The notes beneath the pieces are model-generated. The model saw nothing but the letters and a program-made list of their open reading frames with translations. It was not told the DNA's origin and made no database searches. From Octopus bimaculoides (lineage: Eukaryota): a stretch of 54,191 bases of DNA. The translations under genes and the position numbers were made by a program. Below are positions 1 through 14,572 of the stretch, in pieces. The stretch spans positions 36,429,154 to 36,483,344 of the forward strand of contig NC_069003.1 in assembly GCF_001194135.2 (NCBI RefSeq), given 5' to 3'. Within the stretch, counting starts at the first letter, position 1. The number at the start of each line of letters is the position of its first letter.

Positions 1-228
1 TAAAAGACACCATTTCGAGTGTGGCCGTTTTCGTGCGGGTGACACGTAAAAGCACCCACTACACTCTCTGAGTGGTTGGCGTTAGGAAGGGCATCCAACT
101 GTAGAAACTCTGCCAAATTAGATTGGAGCCTGGTGTTGCCATCCGATTTCACCAGTCCTCAGTCAAATCGTCCAACCCATGCTAGCATGGAAAGCGGACG
201 TTAAACGATGATGATGATGATGATGATG
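1..228 (+). mobile_element. 3' end of the same RTE LINE/SINE family with (GAT)n tail
   Basis: Near-identical to the reverse complement of 18121-18340. Confidence 0.9.
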
Positions 229-689
229 GGGATTGGCCATTGTCCTTTGTATGCTTTCCAGGCACAGGTCAGATTCCTGAGGTTGATGTTCAGTTTCAAT
301 ATCTGTAATAAATACAAGAGTGTGGAAGGTGCAATGATTGGTCTTTGTCCCATTGAAAGAGACAGGTGTGAAAGCTGCTCTTCATTTCTCTGATTATGGA
401 CTCTGTGGACATTGTTGAGCGGCTCTTCCACCTAATTTGATAACTTCAGAGACAGACAAAGTGTAATAGAGATCTGGTGGCATGTCTAACCCGTTAGTAT
501 TTAAACCTGCCCTATCCAGTCCAAATATTCTACCTGTCCAGATGTTCAAAGTGGCCAGGTATGGCCTTTCACACCTACCCTACAATGTTATTCTAAAAAT
601 AAACAATCACATCAATTCAAAACAATGTGAACAAGGGCACTCAGAGAGCACAGATCTCTGCCAAGGCAACACCAATGTCTTCTCAATGA

Positions 690-1000
690 TTAGCCAGAGA
701 TGATTTTTAAAATGAAAATATCTGAAATCATCTTGACTGCTCTCACAAATGAGAATACTAAAAATGAACCCAACCGCTCTCACAAATGAAGTAAAAAAAC
801 AGGAAAAATAATCCAGAATCCTTGTCTGGAACCAGATCGATCCCAAAATCTAATCAGTTCGTGCCAGTCATGAGGCCAAACATCTCTGAAAGTTTCATCT
901 GAATCTATCCAGCAGCTCTTGAGATATCTTGTCCACGGACAAACTAACAAACAAACATAACTGAAACAATACCTCTGCCGCCATTAAAGCACAGGTAATA
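690..1000 (+). mobile_element. Possible Helentron-associated (HINE/DINE-like) non-autonomous element
   Basis: Ends with AAAC repeats and AATACCTCTGCCGCC...ACAGGTAATAA, resembling the 3' hairpin end of such elements. Family assignment is by recollection only. Confidence 0.4.
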
Positions 1001-1112
1001 AACAAACATTACATTTGACAGAGTCACCTGGCTGTTAAAGGATTAACAGAATTAATCAAAAATAAGAGACATCCTTCTCTTCCAATTATGTTTCTATATT
1101 TATCATCATTAA

Positions 1113-1281
1113 CTACACTCTCTGAGTGGTTGGCGTTAGGAAGGGCATCCAGCTGTAGAAACTCTGCCAAATCAGACTGGAGCCTGGTGTTGCCATCCGG
1201 TTTCACCAGTCCTCAGTCAAATCGTCCAACCCATGCTAGCATGGAAAGCGGACGTTAAACGATGATGATGATGATGATGAT
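1113..1281 (+). mobile_element. Short 5'-truncated copy of the RTE 3' end with (GAT)n tail
   Basis: Near-identical to 58-228. Older diverged copies occur throughout, e.g. about 22540-22725, 25085-25290, 33200-33510, 38250-38430, 48000-48160, 50455-50650. Confidence 0.9.
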
Positions 1282-2550
1282 ATTTCTCTTTTGATAACAA
1301 ATCTCACTCATATTCGTACCTTAGCAGGAAAAAAAAAAAGCAACAACTTTTTTGTTTACCATTCAGGGATTGATAAATCAATACCAATAATATGATAAAA
1401 CCGTCACAGCTGGTCCCAAGTTTGGCTGAGAAAGAAGGGGTGTGGTAGGTGTAGGGCTAACAGGTCAGCACTATCAACTTCCTACATGGCTACTGAAATA
1501 CCAACAAAAAAAACAACAAAAAAACAAAATTGGTCCTGGTAAGGAGCGGTAATACTCAGGGACTGCATATGCAGATTGCTACAGTTGGGGCAACAACTGC
1601 AATCCATGGCCAAAGATTGAGACACATGGACATCTCTTGTTGAAGTCCTGTATGCCACATTTCGAGTTAAAGGATTAGGAAGAAGTAATGTGATCAAAGA
1701 CCCAGCGTTTAACAATGCAACAAGTCTAGCAACAACAACAACAACAACAACAACTATTAATGAATAATTATAATAATTATAATATATACGAGTAAATTAA
1801 TTGATTTTAGTTTGGGTGAGAAGAGTAGCAATTGCTGGCCTAGTTTTTGAGCCCACTTTTCTTTCTACAATGCTAAACCTTAAACTTAAAAAGCATCAAT
1901 GTAATCAGGGCCCATCAGGGTTTTCCTTTTTTAATACTCTATCCTTAAGAATTATTTGTCAGTAGTAGTAGTAGCAGCAGCAGCATTAGTAGTAGTGACT
2001 GCAACTGATTTATCTGTGAAGCTAAGCTTCTCATCGCCATGCCAACAACACTGCAGTGTGTTGCTAAGATGCTGTTATCTTCACTTTGAAAAGCTTGAGA
2101 ACAAAAACGCTTTCCAAGAGATTTCCTGTTGTCCTTTCACTCCACCACTGACCACTCTCTTGCCTCCCCTCCATCATAATAATGAAATTATTGGGATTCA
2201 GGTTTTTAAAATGAAAATACGACATCTTTTTACAACAAAATCAATGACAATCGTTTCTGCTAAGGAAAGGATCAGATCGGACAGGAGAAGGACAGAAGTA
2301 AAGTGTTTCGTAAGAGTGTGATGCGAGATGGTTGTAGATACAAGGCCTGAATTGTATCTATTGAATTAGGGGACTACATTGACCCCACTGCTCAACTGAT
2401 ACTTATTTAATTGACCCCGAGAGAATGAAAGGCAAGGCGAACCTTGGTGACATTTAAACTCAGCTGTAATGCTGCCCAGCCTGCAACCATTTCTGCCAGC
2501 TCACTGCAGCAGTAGCAGTAGTAGTAGTAATAATAATAATAATAATATTT

Positions 2551-2640
2551 GAGAGAGCAAAAAATTGGTACAACCATAAACCCGAAGGCATCATCGAAAA
2601 TGATAATGCAAAGTTCCTGTGGGATTTTATGATTCAATGC
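2551..2640 (+). mobile_element. Short fragment of an R4/NeSL-type (RLE) non-LTR retrotransposon C-terminus
   Basis: Translates ERAKNWYNHKPEGIIENDNAKFLWDFMIQ, resembling the WYxHxPxxVxENxxxKILWDF motif. Confidence 0.6.
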
Positions 2641-2850
2641 CTAGATACCCTCAATATGTTGAGTGTAAGTCCAGTCTTTTGAGTTGATAAATTCAATGCT
2701 ATGGTTCACAGTTTTATGCTTGAATTCATTGCCCACAATTTCTGGGATATGATTATAAGCTTGCCACAAGTCACTGAAGATAGTGGTTCCTGGAAGAACT
2801 GAGTGTTGTATGCAATCCTTGTTTACACTCCTTATGTGCATGTGCAGCAC
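2641..2850 (-). mobile_element. Merlin / IS1595-ISXO2-family DDE transposase remnant
   Basis: Translation HSVLPGTTIFSDLWQAYNHI...FKHKTVNHSIEFINSKDWTYTQHIEG matches the family pattern PGTTIxSDxWxAY...HxTVNHSxxFV...HTQxIE. Confidence 0.8.
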
Positions 2851-3766
2851 CTTTGGTTACTATGGAAACAGAGTTCTTTGCAATCAGCTATGGAACACGT
2901 GGTGCTTCTTTGCTTACGAATGCTAACAGAGCTTTACGGTGACGTATAAAATACTCGCTTCTGAATGGCTAAAATTGTATACTGAATGGCTAAAATACCC
3001 AAATTTTGCAAACTTTAAAGGCTAATAACTTTTTAATTATATTTTGTTGTGTCTGGGGAGAGTTATTCTCTTTTAGTCCCTTATAATTGAACACACTCAC
3101 TGGTAAAATTTCCACTTATTTCTTTTATTTTTGTAAATTTTTTGTTGCGTCTGGCAACCTTTTCAATAGTTTTGACTCAACTTTTAATTATAAATTTATA
3201 GGAAAAATGAATTTCATTTTCATAATTAGTATACAAAACTTAATCCATATCCCAAATTTGAAAACAATTGGAATAAAATCGTAGACAGTGACGATAACCA
3301 CAAAGATCCAAGCATAACAAAAGTGTATGCTGTTTTCTTCATTGCTTCAATAAATTTTTGCATGCACAAACTGATTATAGTGGTGAGCAATGATGGTAAG
3401 AGGGAGAGGGAGAGAGAAAGACAAAGAGGGAGAGAGAGAGAGAGGGAGAGGGAGAGAGAGAGAAAGAGAGAGAGCTGAGGTGTCCCATTGAACCAGATTA
3501 GTCATAAAGATGAAATAAGCTTTAAAGACATAGAATGGAATGGGATGGGCTAAGAGGAATATAGGTAAATAGTCCAAATTTAAACTGTTATCACGACCAC
3601 TGACCACTACAGGAGAAAATATTTACTCTCATTCCTCTCTCTCTCTCTCTCTATCTATCTATAATATTATCTATCTATATATAAAATCTTTTTCTTTACA
3701 ACCATAGTAGGAGAGTGAAACTGAGTGGGCAATAACAGTTTAAATTTGGAAATTTATCTACCTACA

Positions 3767-3799
<33 letters not shown>

Positions 3800-3930
3800 C
3801 TAGTTGTAGAAACCATGCCAGAACAGACAGCAGAGCCTGGCAAAGTGCTCTGGCTTGCCAGCTCCTATCGAACCATCCAACTCATACCAGGCGAATGGAC
3901 TTTAAATGATGATGATGATGAAGACATATA

Positions 3931-4050
3931 GGAATGGCTGTGTGGTCAAGCTTGCTTCCCATCCACGTGGTTTAGGGTTCAGTTCCACTGCATGGTACCT
4001 TGAGGAACCAAAGCCTATGAGTGGATTTGGTAGATGGAAATTTAAAGAAG
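3931..4050 (+). mobile_element. tRNA-derived SINE (TGGCTGTGTGG...GGTTCAGTCCCACTG family)
   Basis: The same head or body recurs at about 22225-22290 and 52380-52470, and inverted at about 5180-5260, 17570-17700 and 26920-26990. Confidence 0.7.
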
Positions 4051-4959
4051 TGTGTGTGTGTGTATGCAATCCAATATCAACAATCTATATTCAGGACAAA
4101 ATGTTTCTAGATGCATTAAAGAATGTAATATTTAAAGCAACTTTGCATAGAGGACCCAGACTAATTTTTTTGAGAGATTATTTAAAAATGAAAAAGTATG
4201 CGATCTATGTCAAATAAGGTATAACAATCTCCAAAGCAAAGGAATATCACTTTTAAAATGTCATAATTTAGCCCTGTTTGACCTTTTTGAACTCTTTCCC
4301 AGGTGACAAAGTGTATAACAATAATCACATAAGTTACCTAGCAAGCATTACAATCAACGACAAACAAGTTTAAGTTTAATAAACTAAAAAGTCTTTGTGA
4401 AAACCAAGCTGACTCATATCTTTCTAGAAGCTTTCATGAGTTTCTGTTATGAAGATTTATTAATAAATTCAGGTAAAAACTATTTCTTTCAAGCTACACA
4501 ACACTGTTTAATAAACTACCACAAATATTTTTACAAGAACTGTTATCTACTGTTTTACTTCAACTGCATCACAGTTTAGTTAAATCTGACATTTTAACAA
4601 TGAAATATATTTAGAGTGGTCACACATGCAAACACACATTGTGAAATGTCTTACACAGTTATGTCTGGATTGACTACTGTGACCACTGGCAAGGCAGACA
4701 AGACCTACTTTCTAACTGCTAACATTTGCCAGTCACTAGAATATTCTAAACACTGAATGGACTTTTAAACCAAACAGACAGGTTACTGAACTCATACAAC
4801 AAAGTCGAAATACATCCGTTCACATACGAACAATGAAAATGGATATAAAAACGTTTTCCCTTAATAAATAAAGTAATGACACTGTTGATAAACTGAAACT
4901 TCATTGATCTTTGGCATAAGCCTCAACAATAATTTCATTATGTCCATACTATCTATTAT

Positions 4960-5170
4960 CTTTCATCTTTTATTGTTTTAGTCATAAGACTGTGGTGGCC
5001 ATGCTGGAGGATTACCTTGAAGGGTTTAGCTGAACAAATTGATCTCAGTACTTTTTAAAATTTGGTACTGGCTCTATTGGTCTCTTTTGTTGAACTGCTA
5101 GGTTATGGGGATGTAAACAAACCAACACCAGTCAAGTAGTGGAGAGACAAACACACACACACACACACAA
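4960..5170 (-). mobile_element. SINE of a further family
   Basis: The block TTGTTTCAGTCAT...GGCCATGCTGGAGC...CTCTTTTG..GAA..GCTA recurs at about 17450-17550 and 43675-43824. Confidence 0.7.
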
Positions 5171-7024
5171 AAGTGATGGGCTTCCACAGTTTCCATCAAC
5201 TAAATTTACTCAGATGGTCATGGTCAATGCGACAATCACACACTACACACCTTCCTTCCTAACACTGCTGTAAACAGCAAAAGTGAGCTAGAACGTTAAA
5301 ATTTAGTGTGCAGGCACAGCAGAGTTCAAGGTCAATCATTGCCGAGCAGCTTTACTCTGCATGCTTTAGCTTTGTTACCATGGCAACAGTCCGGATACTT
5401 ATTGATCAGACCTCATATTATATGTATACACTTACACACACACACATACATGTAGGACTGTGTGTATATATACATAGATATAGATATGGGTGTGTCACTA
5501 TATATATATGTGTGTGTGTTTTATGTGTGTGTGTTTATATATATCTAAAGTTATAGAAAATGGAATGGTGTCTCGTAGAAGCAGCTACAATATTACTGTT
5601 TATTTTATTTTTCACAACTGCTGTTCAGAAGGCAATGATGGGAGGGGAAGGAAGGAAGGAAGAATGGTAGGAAATTGGGTAAAGAATGCAGGAAATATGG
5701 AGGGAGCTGAATGAATTATGTATATATATATATATACATATGTACAGTAGGGATATCTTAGCACCGTTAAGTTCTCAGAAAGTCATACTCAATTTCCATG
5801 GTTTAAAGGTTAAAAGGTTTATGCGGAAATAATTAAATGGATGTGAGTTGTGTGGTGGCTTTTGTAGGAATGTATTGAAGGATGTGAAAGATAGGGCTTA
5901 ATAAGGGTAAATCAGAGGATATAATTACATCCTTTGATAATGAATCTGAAGAGAGAGAATTAAAAAATATGTCCAGCCTAGATGTAGTTGAAGAAAAGGG
6001 GTTATGAGAGAAGTAGGGTACTTTATTCCCTGTTTCCATGGTTGGATGTTTTTTTTAAGGGAGACATAAACATCACTGCTAAAATGGTGTCAATGGGGTG
6101 ACACATAGATATAAACACACACACACACACCTTTCATTCATTCAGTTTACATCTGATTTTCCATGCTAGCATGGATCGGATGAATATAAATTGATCAAGG
6201 TATTGTCTTACACTCGGTTGCCCTTCCTGCAGCTAACTCTTACTTGATTTTCAGATAAATTAAAGAAAAAGGGACATATATGAACCCACTATTGGTAGTA
6301 ATTTATTTAATTGTAATAAATCTGTGATGACACAACATGCTGTCACTTGTTCTCTGGCCCCAACTTTGCTGCATTGGCTGCAAACCCAGGTATCACTGCC
6401 CATTACACAGAGGAGAGAAAAATAAAGAAATACAGGAGTCTGACCGTCCACTAAATTGATTTAAATCTTGAGACCTGGTATTTATGATACTGAAATATTT
6501 CCATAACAAAAATAAAGTCTGTTTCATTTATATTTATTATTTATAATCGTGACTGTCATAACCAAACCTGACAATGAAAACTTTTAGTTAACAGTTAGGA
6601 GACCATGAGAGTTTGGTTCTCAGCTACCGCCAGTTTATTATAAGCTCAAGGCCAAATCAGAACACTTAAAAACCGGCTGCCAGTGGGAAAAACCTGCCTG
6701 GCAATAATTTTGTTCTTACATCTGAATCTGTTGAATTATTGCAGAAGAAATTCCAAATGTGGCAGCAAAGATTAGAATCAAGAGATTTTCAAGTAAATCA
6801 TTCTCTTTTTTATTTCTTTCCTACCTTCTGCACATCCTCTGTATCCAATCCTACCCACCTTTAATGATATCTTGCATACATTTCTTCTTCCATGTCCCTG
6901 CCAATGCAGTCTTTGATCTTAAACACTACAACCGATTCCTCTGCTAATAATGTCTAGTTTATCTCTCAATTTCTCTGTTACCACACCATTCATAGACACA
7001 CAAACATTACACAACCAGTGAAGC

Positions 7025-7110
7025 CTCCAACCTTCACTAATCCCCTTCATTTCTCTCCAACCTTCACTAATCCCCTTCATTTCTCTCCAACCTTCACTAA
7101 TCCTCTGCAT
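7025..7110. repeat. 30-bp minisatellite, about 2.9 copies
   Basis: The unit CTCCAACCTTCACTAATCCCCTTCATTTCT starts at 7025, 7055 and 7085. Confidence 0.95.
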
Positions 7111-7913
7111 TTAGTGCCTACATCTCACAATCATCAGATGACAGGGTGCAGCTGTTTGGACGTTGATGATTTGGCATGGCTGACCAGACATTCAACCTGT
7201 TCTGGTGACAGACCATTTTGGAACTGGGGAGCCGCATGCATGCACATGCCAAAATATACAGATACAGATTGAGAGATGGAGAGAGAGAGACAAACATTAC
7301 AATTTATCAGTTGGACATAATTAGCATAAAAGTTTTCCATCTCTTCATACACATAAAGAGAAAGAGAGAGGTAAAGAGAGAAAGAGGGAGAGAACAAGAC
7401 GTAACATTAATACATCAGAGGCCAAAGAAGTCAGTCTTGAATCAGTGAATGGCAAAACAGCGTTGCCAAAAATGTCTCTTATTCCACAACCAAGTCGTAT
7501 TGTTGTATTGCTTGTTTGTGACACAGCAAAGTCTAATCCACCGTTTGCTCTCAAAGCAAGAATCCCCTGGTTGCCATTAAATGTAATAGATCCTTGATGT
7601 TTTCCTGCCCTTTTCTTATTCTCAGTTATACTTTCAGAGCAGTCTTCTTAACTGCTGATTCAGTTGCCTTGGTAACAGAAACCATCAATTACTTGAAATA
7701 CAGAAAGTTACTTATTTTACAACTCGTCTGACTACTAAAAACTGGTACATCTACGCTCAAGTCACCAGAAGGAAAATGGGGGGTAGGTGGAAAAAAAAAA
7801 TTTGTAGTCTCCAGTTCAATTTACATGTCTACCCTTAACTATGACCATGAATCTTGGGTAGGGATCTAAAGAATACGACAGGTTTTAAAAGAAGAAATAA
7901 TAGGAGAACTTAC

Positions 7914-10900
7914 CATCAAGGAATGCCAGGGTATCAGTTCTCTCAACAGCATTATCTGAAGAATATGAAAAGTCTGCTTAGAGACATCAATGAATGATAC
8001 AAACTACGAAATAAGTACAATCATCATCACCATCATCATCAATATCAATGTCCATTTTTCCATGCTTGATTATGGTGGATGAAGTTTATTGAGGTGGATT
8101 TTTTACAGCTGGATGCTTTTCCTGTCACCAACTCCCATCTGTTTCCAAGTAAGGTAATATTTCCCAATGACTGGACACGTCTTCATAGATCCTTACGCGA
8201 AGAACGACTTTGCATTTCATCCTTTGAGAGTCAGAACCGAAAGAACCAATACAGAAGCCACTTGGCATCTCCAATGCACCACCCTAGATTGCTACCTTTT
8301 GTTTTTGTGACCCTGAAAGGGTAAAAGGTCAAGCTAACTGTGGTAGAATTTGAAACCACAATACAGAGAACCAGAAAAAATACTGCAAAGCATTTTCATT
8401 AGTGTAGCTAGGGGTCAGGTAGGGGTACAGTCTGCCCAAGGCAATGCCTTTTCTTATGGGGCAGCACTTTAAAGTTTCCTGTATAAGCCTGTATAGGCTT
8501 GGAGCCCCCCACCCACCCAATGGACAAAGCAGGGCAGGGTGTCAAGGGGGCCCCCACTCTTGGTAACACACACCCTAGGTGCCACTGGGCATTCTGTTCA
8601 ACACTCTAAGAATTCTGACTATTTGCCATGTTATTCTTAGATAATTTTGAGATCAAATTTCTGCCATAAAAATAAATATTAATCTAAGATATATTTATTT
8701 AGGATGGAAATTTGATCTTTGCATAGAACTGAAAGTCAGGAAATACATGGCTAAAATACAGATGAAGTTTTATATTTGTTCCAGGCAAAGAGAGAGAAAA
8801 AAATGCCTAACTTGGGGAGTAGAGAGGGAAATGGCATTTATGAAAAGCAACTTTGAAATTAATTTCATAATATACGATTGGAGAAAGGCTTTTTTTAATA
8901 GGGACTGAAGTTTTAATTAGTGAAATTGTGGAATCTGACTGCAAAAGGATTAATGTAATCTTTCATGTTACATTCACTTAAATTTTATATTCAAATAATA
9001 TTTAACCCATCTGCTACCATATTTCTGTTGAGGTGCTGAGTTTCTTCAAATTGATTTTAAATATAGCAAAGAATTTAGTAAAATAACTTAGTTATCATTC
9101 AGCTGGTGTTAGGAACATAAATTGTGTCTAAGATTTGGTGGAAGATTTTAATTGATTGGTTCCAAAAGGGTTAAATCTCAAAGAGGAAGACTCGTAAGTT
9201 TATTTCTTTGAAAACGTTCGTTTTTTTAAAGTTGGCTTATGTCTATTAGAAGCTTTTAAATTAATTTAAGAAATTAAGACAGAATTGTCAAAGCAGTGGC
9301 TAAAACACTGAGCAGTATTTCTTCTGACTCATAACGTTCTAAGTTCATATTCCACTACACTCAACTTTGCTTTTCATCTCTTTAGGATCAATGAAAGTAC
9401 AAATGATGTAATGGGATTGGTGTAATTGGTAAAACCCTCCAACGCTCACTAAAATAGCTGGCCTTGTGTCAAAATCTGAAACAATCAATAAAGCAAATCT
9501 ATAATCAGATTAATTACAAATTGAAGATGAAAACTGTCCAAAGTAGGAGTCAAAGGTTTCATAACTCTTTATGTGTGATACTACTACTACTACTACTACT
9601 ACTACTACAGGCATAGGTTGTTCTAAATTAAGAATTTTTTTATGGGTGTTCTATTTAAATAACTTCTCTAGGTGCAGCCAACCTTTGTTGCCCACACCTC
9701 CTACCTAACATTTATCCCTTCCTCTCACTTTTCCCTTTAGCCCACCACCTCCACTTCTAGATCCCACATCCAAATTCCTAGTTACCTCCCACTTCATTCC
9801 TAATGTACACCCTACAATGATGTCACCACAAGCCAGTAGAACGAAGGAAGGGCAGCACAAGGGGTGGTTTGTCTTTATCGGAAGATGTGACACCAGAATA
9901 TCTGTTGACCTGCAACACTTCTGTGCAGTGTTTCACTGGGTAATTTTAATATCTCTTTTTGCTTTTAAAGAAAAAGAAAATGCCTATGGGTTGCTCTGAG
10001 CAACATTGCCAAAACTTAACATTTCATCTCCAGACCACTGCTGCTTCATTATCCATCAATGACAAGAGACAATACCGACCGTCTCCAGAAAACAAAATGT
10101 CGGTAAAAAAAACAAAACAAAAAAAAAACCCCAGAAATATTTGTCATTTAATTGTCGTCTCTCAAACATTCCTTACTCCCCCAGACACAGCTTGTGAATG
10201 TCCCTTGAACTTTTGTTTTCTCTGTCTACTTTCCTTTACACATATATGAGAGAGACGGACAGACAGAAACAAAGAAATAGTCTATCTGAGAGAGAGAGAG
10301 GAGGAGGAGGAAGAGGAAAGACATGAACAAGGACATTAGAGATGTGATACATAATTATGATTTTGAACAATTTAATTTAATTTCTTGAAAACAGCAGCTC
10401 ATAATATGAAATTTTAATAACTGAAATTTTTTGTGAGGGTGTGTGTTCTTCAAACTTTTGAAATAAAGTAATTTTATTATTTATACAAGTATGGAAAAGT
10501 GAAAATTAAAACAATGATGGATGGATGGATATATATGTATGTATATATATGTATAATACTCTCATTAGTCTCAAGATATGATTGAGTGAATGGGTACATA
10601 TATAGGAGATATATGAAGTAGCAAATATTCAAAACAGTTTGCATTGTAACACACACTTCTATTAACCATTTGAAGCACACACACGCACACTCCCAAGGCT
10701 TTTACCTCTTTGTAATACTATATATGTTATTGACTATCAAAGTCCTGTTATTGATACTGTGAGACAAACTATCAGTGAGCAAATCTGGGATACAAACAAT
10801 GGCTGGTGACTTTATACACGCACACACACACACTATATTGCAAGATAGAGAGAAAAAAAGAGGAGTAAATATGATTCTTCTCTGATGTCGTCATCATCAT

Positions 10901-13900
10901 CATCAACTATTAAATTTCAACATAGCTTCTCAGATGAAGTTACTTGCCAAAGTAGGGCAACAATCCTTGTTTCAAATCTAGGAGTGTCTGATCATTGAAC
11001 CACAGTGGACTCGTTTCCAAGAGGTCATAACAAGAGGAGTTGATGAAGTAAGCAGGAGAGATAAGATCCAACAACAATGGATTCCCCACAGTCTCATTGA
11101 ACCTGACTGATGGGAGGGGGGAAAAAAACCTAAGAAGGAACACAGGCCCCATGGAGAAGGGCAAAGAGGAAAAACAGAAAAAGCAGTGAAATGAAATGAC
11201 ATTTGGTGCCTGTACAGAATCATGAAAGAACCAACAGGAGAGAGAAGTGGTTTGTGTGTACCAATTGAGGATAAGGACAGCACAGATGCATATTATGTGG
11301 CACCAGTACGGGTGCTTGTTACATAGCACCAACAAAGGTGCTTTTCACATGGCATTATTAGCATGGGCGTTTTTTATGCGACCCCACTGGTGCTGGTGCC
11401 ACATAAAAAGCACCCAGTACAACCTGTAAAGTGGTTGGCATTAGGAATATAACACAAAGAAAGGTTTAGTTTTGGGCAATATGATACTGTTAATAGTTTA
11501 TTCAAAATAAACAATTCTAAAATTAAAACTATACGTGTCTCGGTGAGCTTTTAAAAACCTTTACTTTCATGGTGATAGCAAATTAGGCAATTGTCTATCT
11601 TCAGTAATATCTCTGGAAGATCTGACAAATATTCTTAGCAACTGAATAGATGGACTGAGACACAAGAATTCTGAGTATTGCACAAGATACTGGGGGTGGG
11701 GTGGGGTGGGGTTGAAGACGTGGTAAGCAGCTCATAACTCAATACTTTATCCATTTAATCATTTCACTTTTACAGTAAAGGGACAAACAGACAGAATATC
11801 TATTTAAAGTGCTAAAAATAATTGATACAAGTTTCCAAAAGGAGGTTCAAGAGTAAATCAAATAAACGAAGAAGTCTGAATCCAGAGAAATACTTTCTCA
11901 ACCTTTTTGTTTCAATTAATTCCGTTGAAATGATCTGCCTTAGTTCCAACCAATGAAGAATTAATTAATTAATTAATTAATGGAAAGTTTTAGTTTTGAC
12001 CACTCTAAAACAGTGAATCTGTATCACAGGACTGGAAGGGGGGAGGGCGGTCAGACAGGTTGATATCAAAAGGGTTAACGTGTTCCTCTGGATTCAATTA
12101 CAGAGAAACACTTTCTGAAAGCAAGCTGGGTGTCACTTTAATTTGCGTCATCGCAACTGGAATGGGAAGTTTAAAAAAGGAAAACGAAGGGAGGCAATCC
12201 TGTATAGAAGCGTTCTAGAAGAGAGACGTTGTGAGACGGTTTTGAGGAATTATGGAAAGAAGAGATGACGAGAGAAACAAAGAAGGAATGGCGAGAGTAA
12301 GACAAAGAAGAAGTTCATCAAATGTTTCTTGGTGCAGTTAATACAGTTAATAGATTCAGAGGAGTAGAAACTGTAGGATCAGTAGCAGATTCAAGATCAG
12401 GGACACATCCCTCTTACAGAAAGCCATACAGGGCAGTATGGCAAACTCACTAATTATTCTAACTGGAAGAAGCCATCTGTGGTATACATACTGTATTTTC
12501 TGGCACACAAGTCGAATCTTTCAGACCAAAATTTACAGCTAAAAAAAAGGAAGTCAACCTGTACGACAAGACAACTTTGGACAACCAAAAACTGCATATG
12601 AAATGCAGCTGGATTTGGAAAGATAGAAACTGTGTTTAAATGTTAACACACCATGTTTACACTAAATACTTTGTCGACTTGTACGCCAGAGAATACAGTA
12701 TATAGTTTTAAGATGTTAACAGCTCTCCAGGATTGAAAGAATTTTGGATTTGTACATTGATGCCTTGCTAACGATTTTGCCAGCGTGCCACCCTATTGCC
12801 ACCCTATAGGCAAGGTACACACGGCGTAGTGGTTAGGGTGTTGCACTCACAACTGCTAGATTGTGGGTTTGATTCCCAGACCGGGTGCCACAATGTGTTC
12901 TTGAGCAAAACCCTTCATTTCATATTGTCTCAGTCCATTCAGTTGTAAATGTAGTCACCCTATGATGAAATACCCCTCCAATCAGGGAGAAATGTTGGCC
13001 TGCTCACCTGACCAATGGGGGTGGCAGCATTCGAAAGCTAAAATGATCCTAAGTGCATTGTGACCAGTGGTGTATAACAACATCAAATAGTCTGGTCAAT
13101 TCCATGATATTGGTAAAGTAAACAGTAATACATTGAGAATTTCACCAACAATTGTTTTGAATTTGCCCACAGGCACCAACTCGACAGAAACTTTAAGTAC
13201 AACAACGTGATACTCATCCCAATGCTTAATACCTTAAACACACCTGTAGCTGACCATACATGACCATCATCATTTAAATCAGCTTCCATACCTGAATGGG
13301 TTGCCCAGACCAATTTCTAAGATGAACATCAATTTGAAGGTCTTTTATTTTTTTAAGATTATGAAGAACTAAAAGAAAACTTCTTACCTAAATCTTTCCG
13401 TTGTAAAGTTTTTCGTTTTCCCTGGAATGTATAAATTGCTGCTTCTCGAGACAAGTACTGAACAAACAATTCCTGAAACAGAAACAAACCATTTCACCAT
13501 TAATTCTTGTAAGTCTCTTCTGAACTCAAGCATTTTTCAACTCACATTTGGTGACTTGAAACAATGTACAAGGTCACAGCACATCAGAAACTGAAATGTC
13601 ATTAAAAGTTTACTTACATATCGAAGAAAGAAATGAAAAATAATAACAAATTAACAATAAAATAATCATTTTAATTAAAAAAAAAAACTGCCAATATATA
13701 TATATATCTTCTTTTCATATTTCTATCTATATTATATACATGGGTCAACAAAAGTTAAATTTTATATTTCAAACAATCTCTAGAGAGAGACCAATTTTTA
13801 TAAACTTTCTGTTTTCATCATTAAAATACTTGCAAACATTTTGATGTAAACTAACATTAATGAGCAGACTCAACTGACAGCAATGTGTGGACACTGAAGT

Positions 13901-14535
13901 AGGGAGATGAATGCCATAACTGGTAACACTTTAAGTCAGTGTGTGTCTGTATGTAAGTATGTATTTGTGTGTGTATATATGTGTGTATGTGTATGTGTAT
14001 ATATATATATTGTCGACAAAGTATTTTTCTGGGACTCTGAAGGATGACTGGTGGTTGCAGAAACATCGTTTTAAAACTGTATTGGCTGATCTGATATATT
14101 TGACAAAACTTGCCAGGTGGCTATATTTGCACTCCTGGTATATCTCTGGGCCTCGGGATGCTGTTGGTAGTACTGTTGCTGACAGTGTCGTTATGGCAGA
14201 TATTGTGTGACTAATTGTGTTGCATCAATCTGTGCCTAGGATAACCCAGTACCAGTATATCTGGCAGGACAACAACTTCTTGATGCATGTACTTGACGTG
14301 ACACAAAGTGCACAGATGCACAATATCCAATCCATAATGGACAGTTTCAGGATGGGTTAAAATGACTATCATACTGAATAAAGACTAATGCTAAATCTAT
14401 CTTCATCAATTATTATATATATATTCTGTATATCAAACCCAAGGAATGTTATCTGTTTACTTGCCTCATTCTCTCTCTCTCTCTATATATATATATCTGT
14501 GTATGTGCTTGTGCCTCTCTCCCAGAGAGTGAGAG

Positions 14536-14572
<37 letters not shown>

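Noticed and set aside
7345-7620. Minus-strand open stretch (...RANGGLDFAVSQTSNTTIRLGCG...) as an extra gene or exon
   Set aside because: No recognisable family, no convincing splice pair, and it lies in the probable POLE4 3' region.
12815-12890. tRNA gene
   Set aside because: A and B boxes are present but there is no consistent cloverleaf, and the sequence runs into a SINE body.
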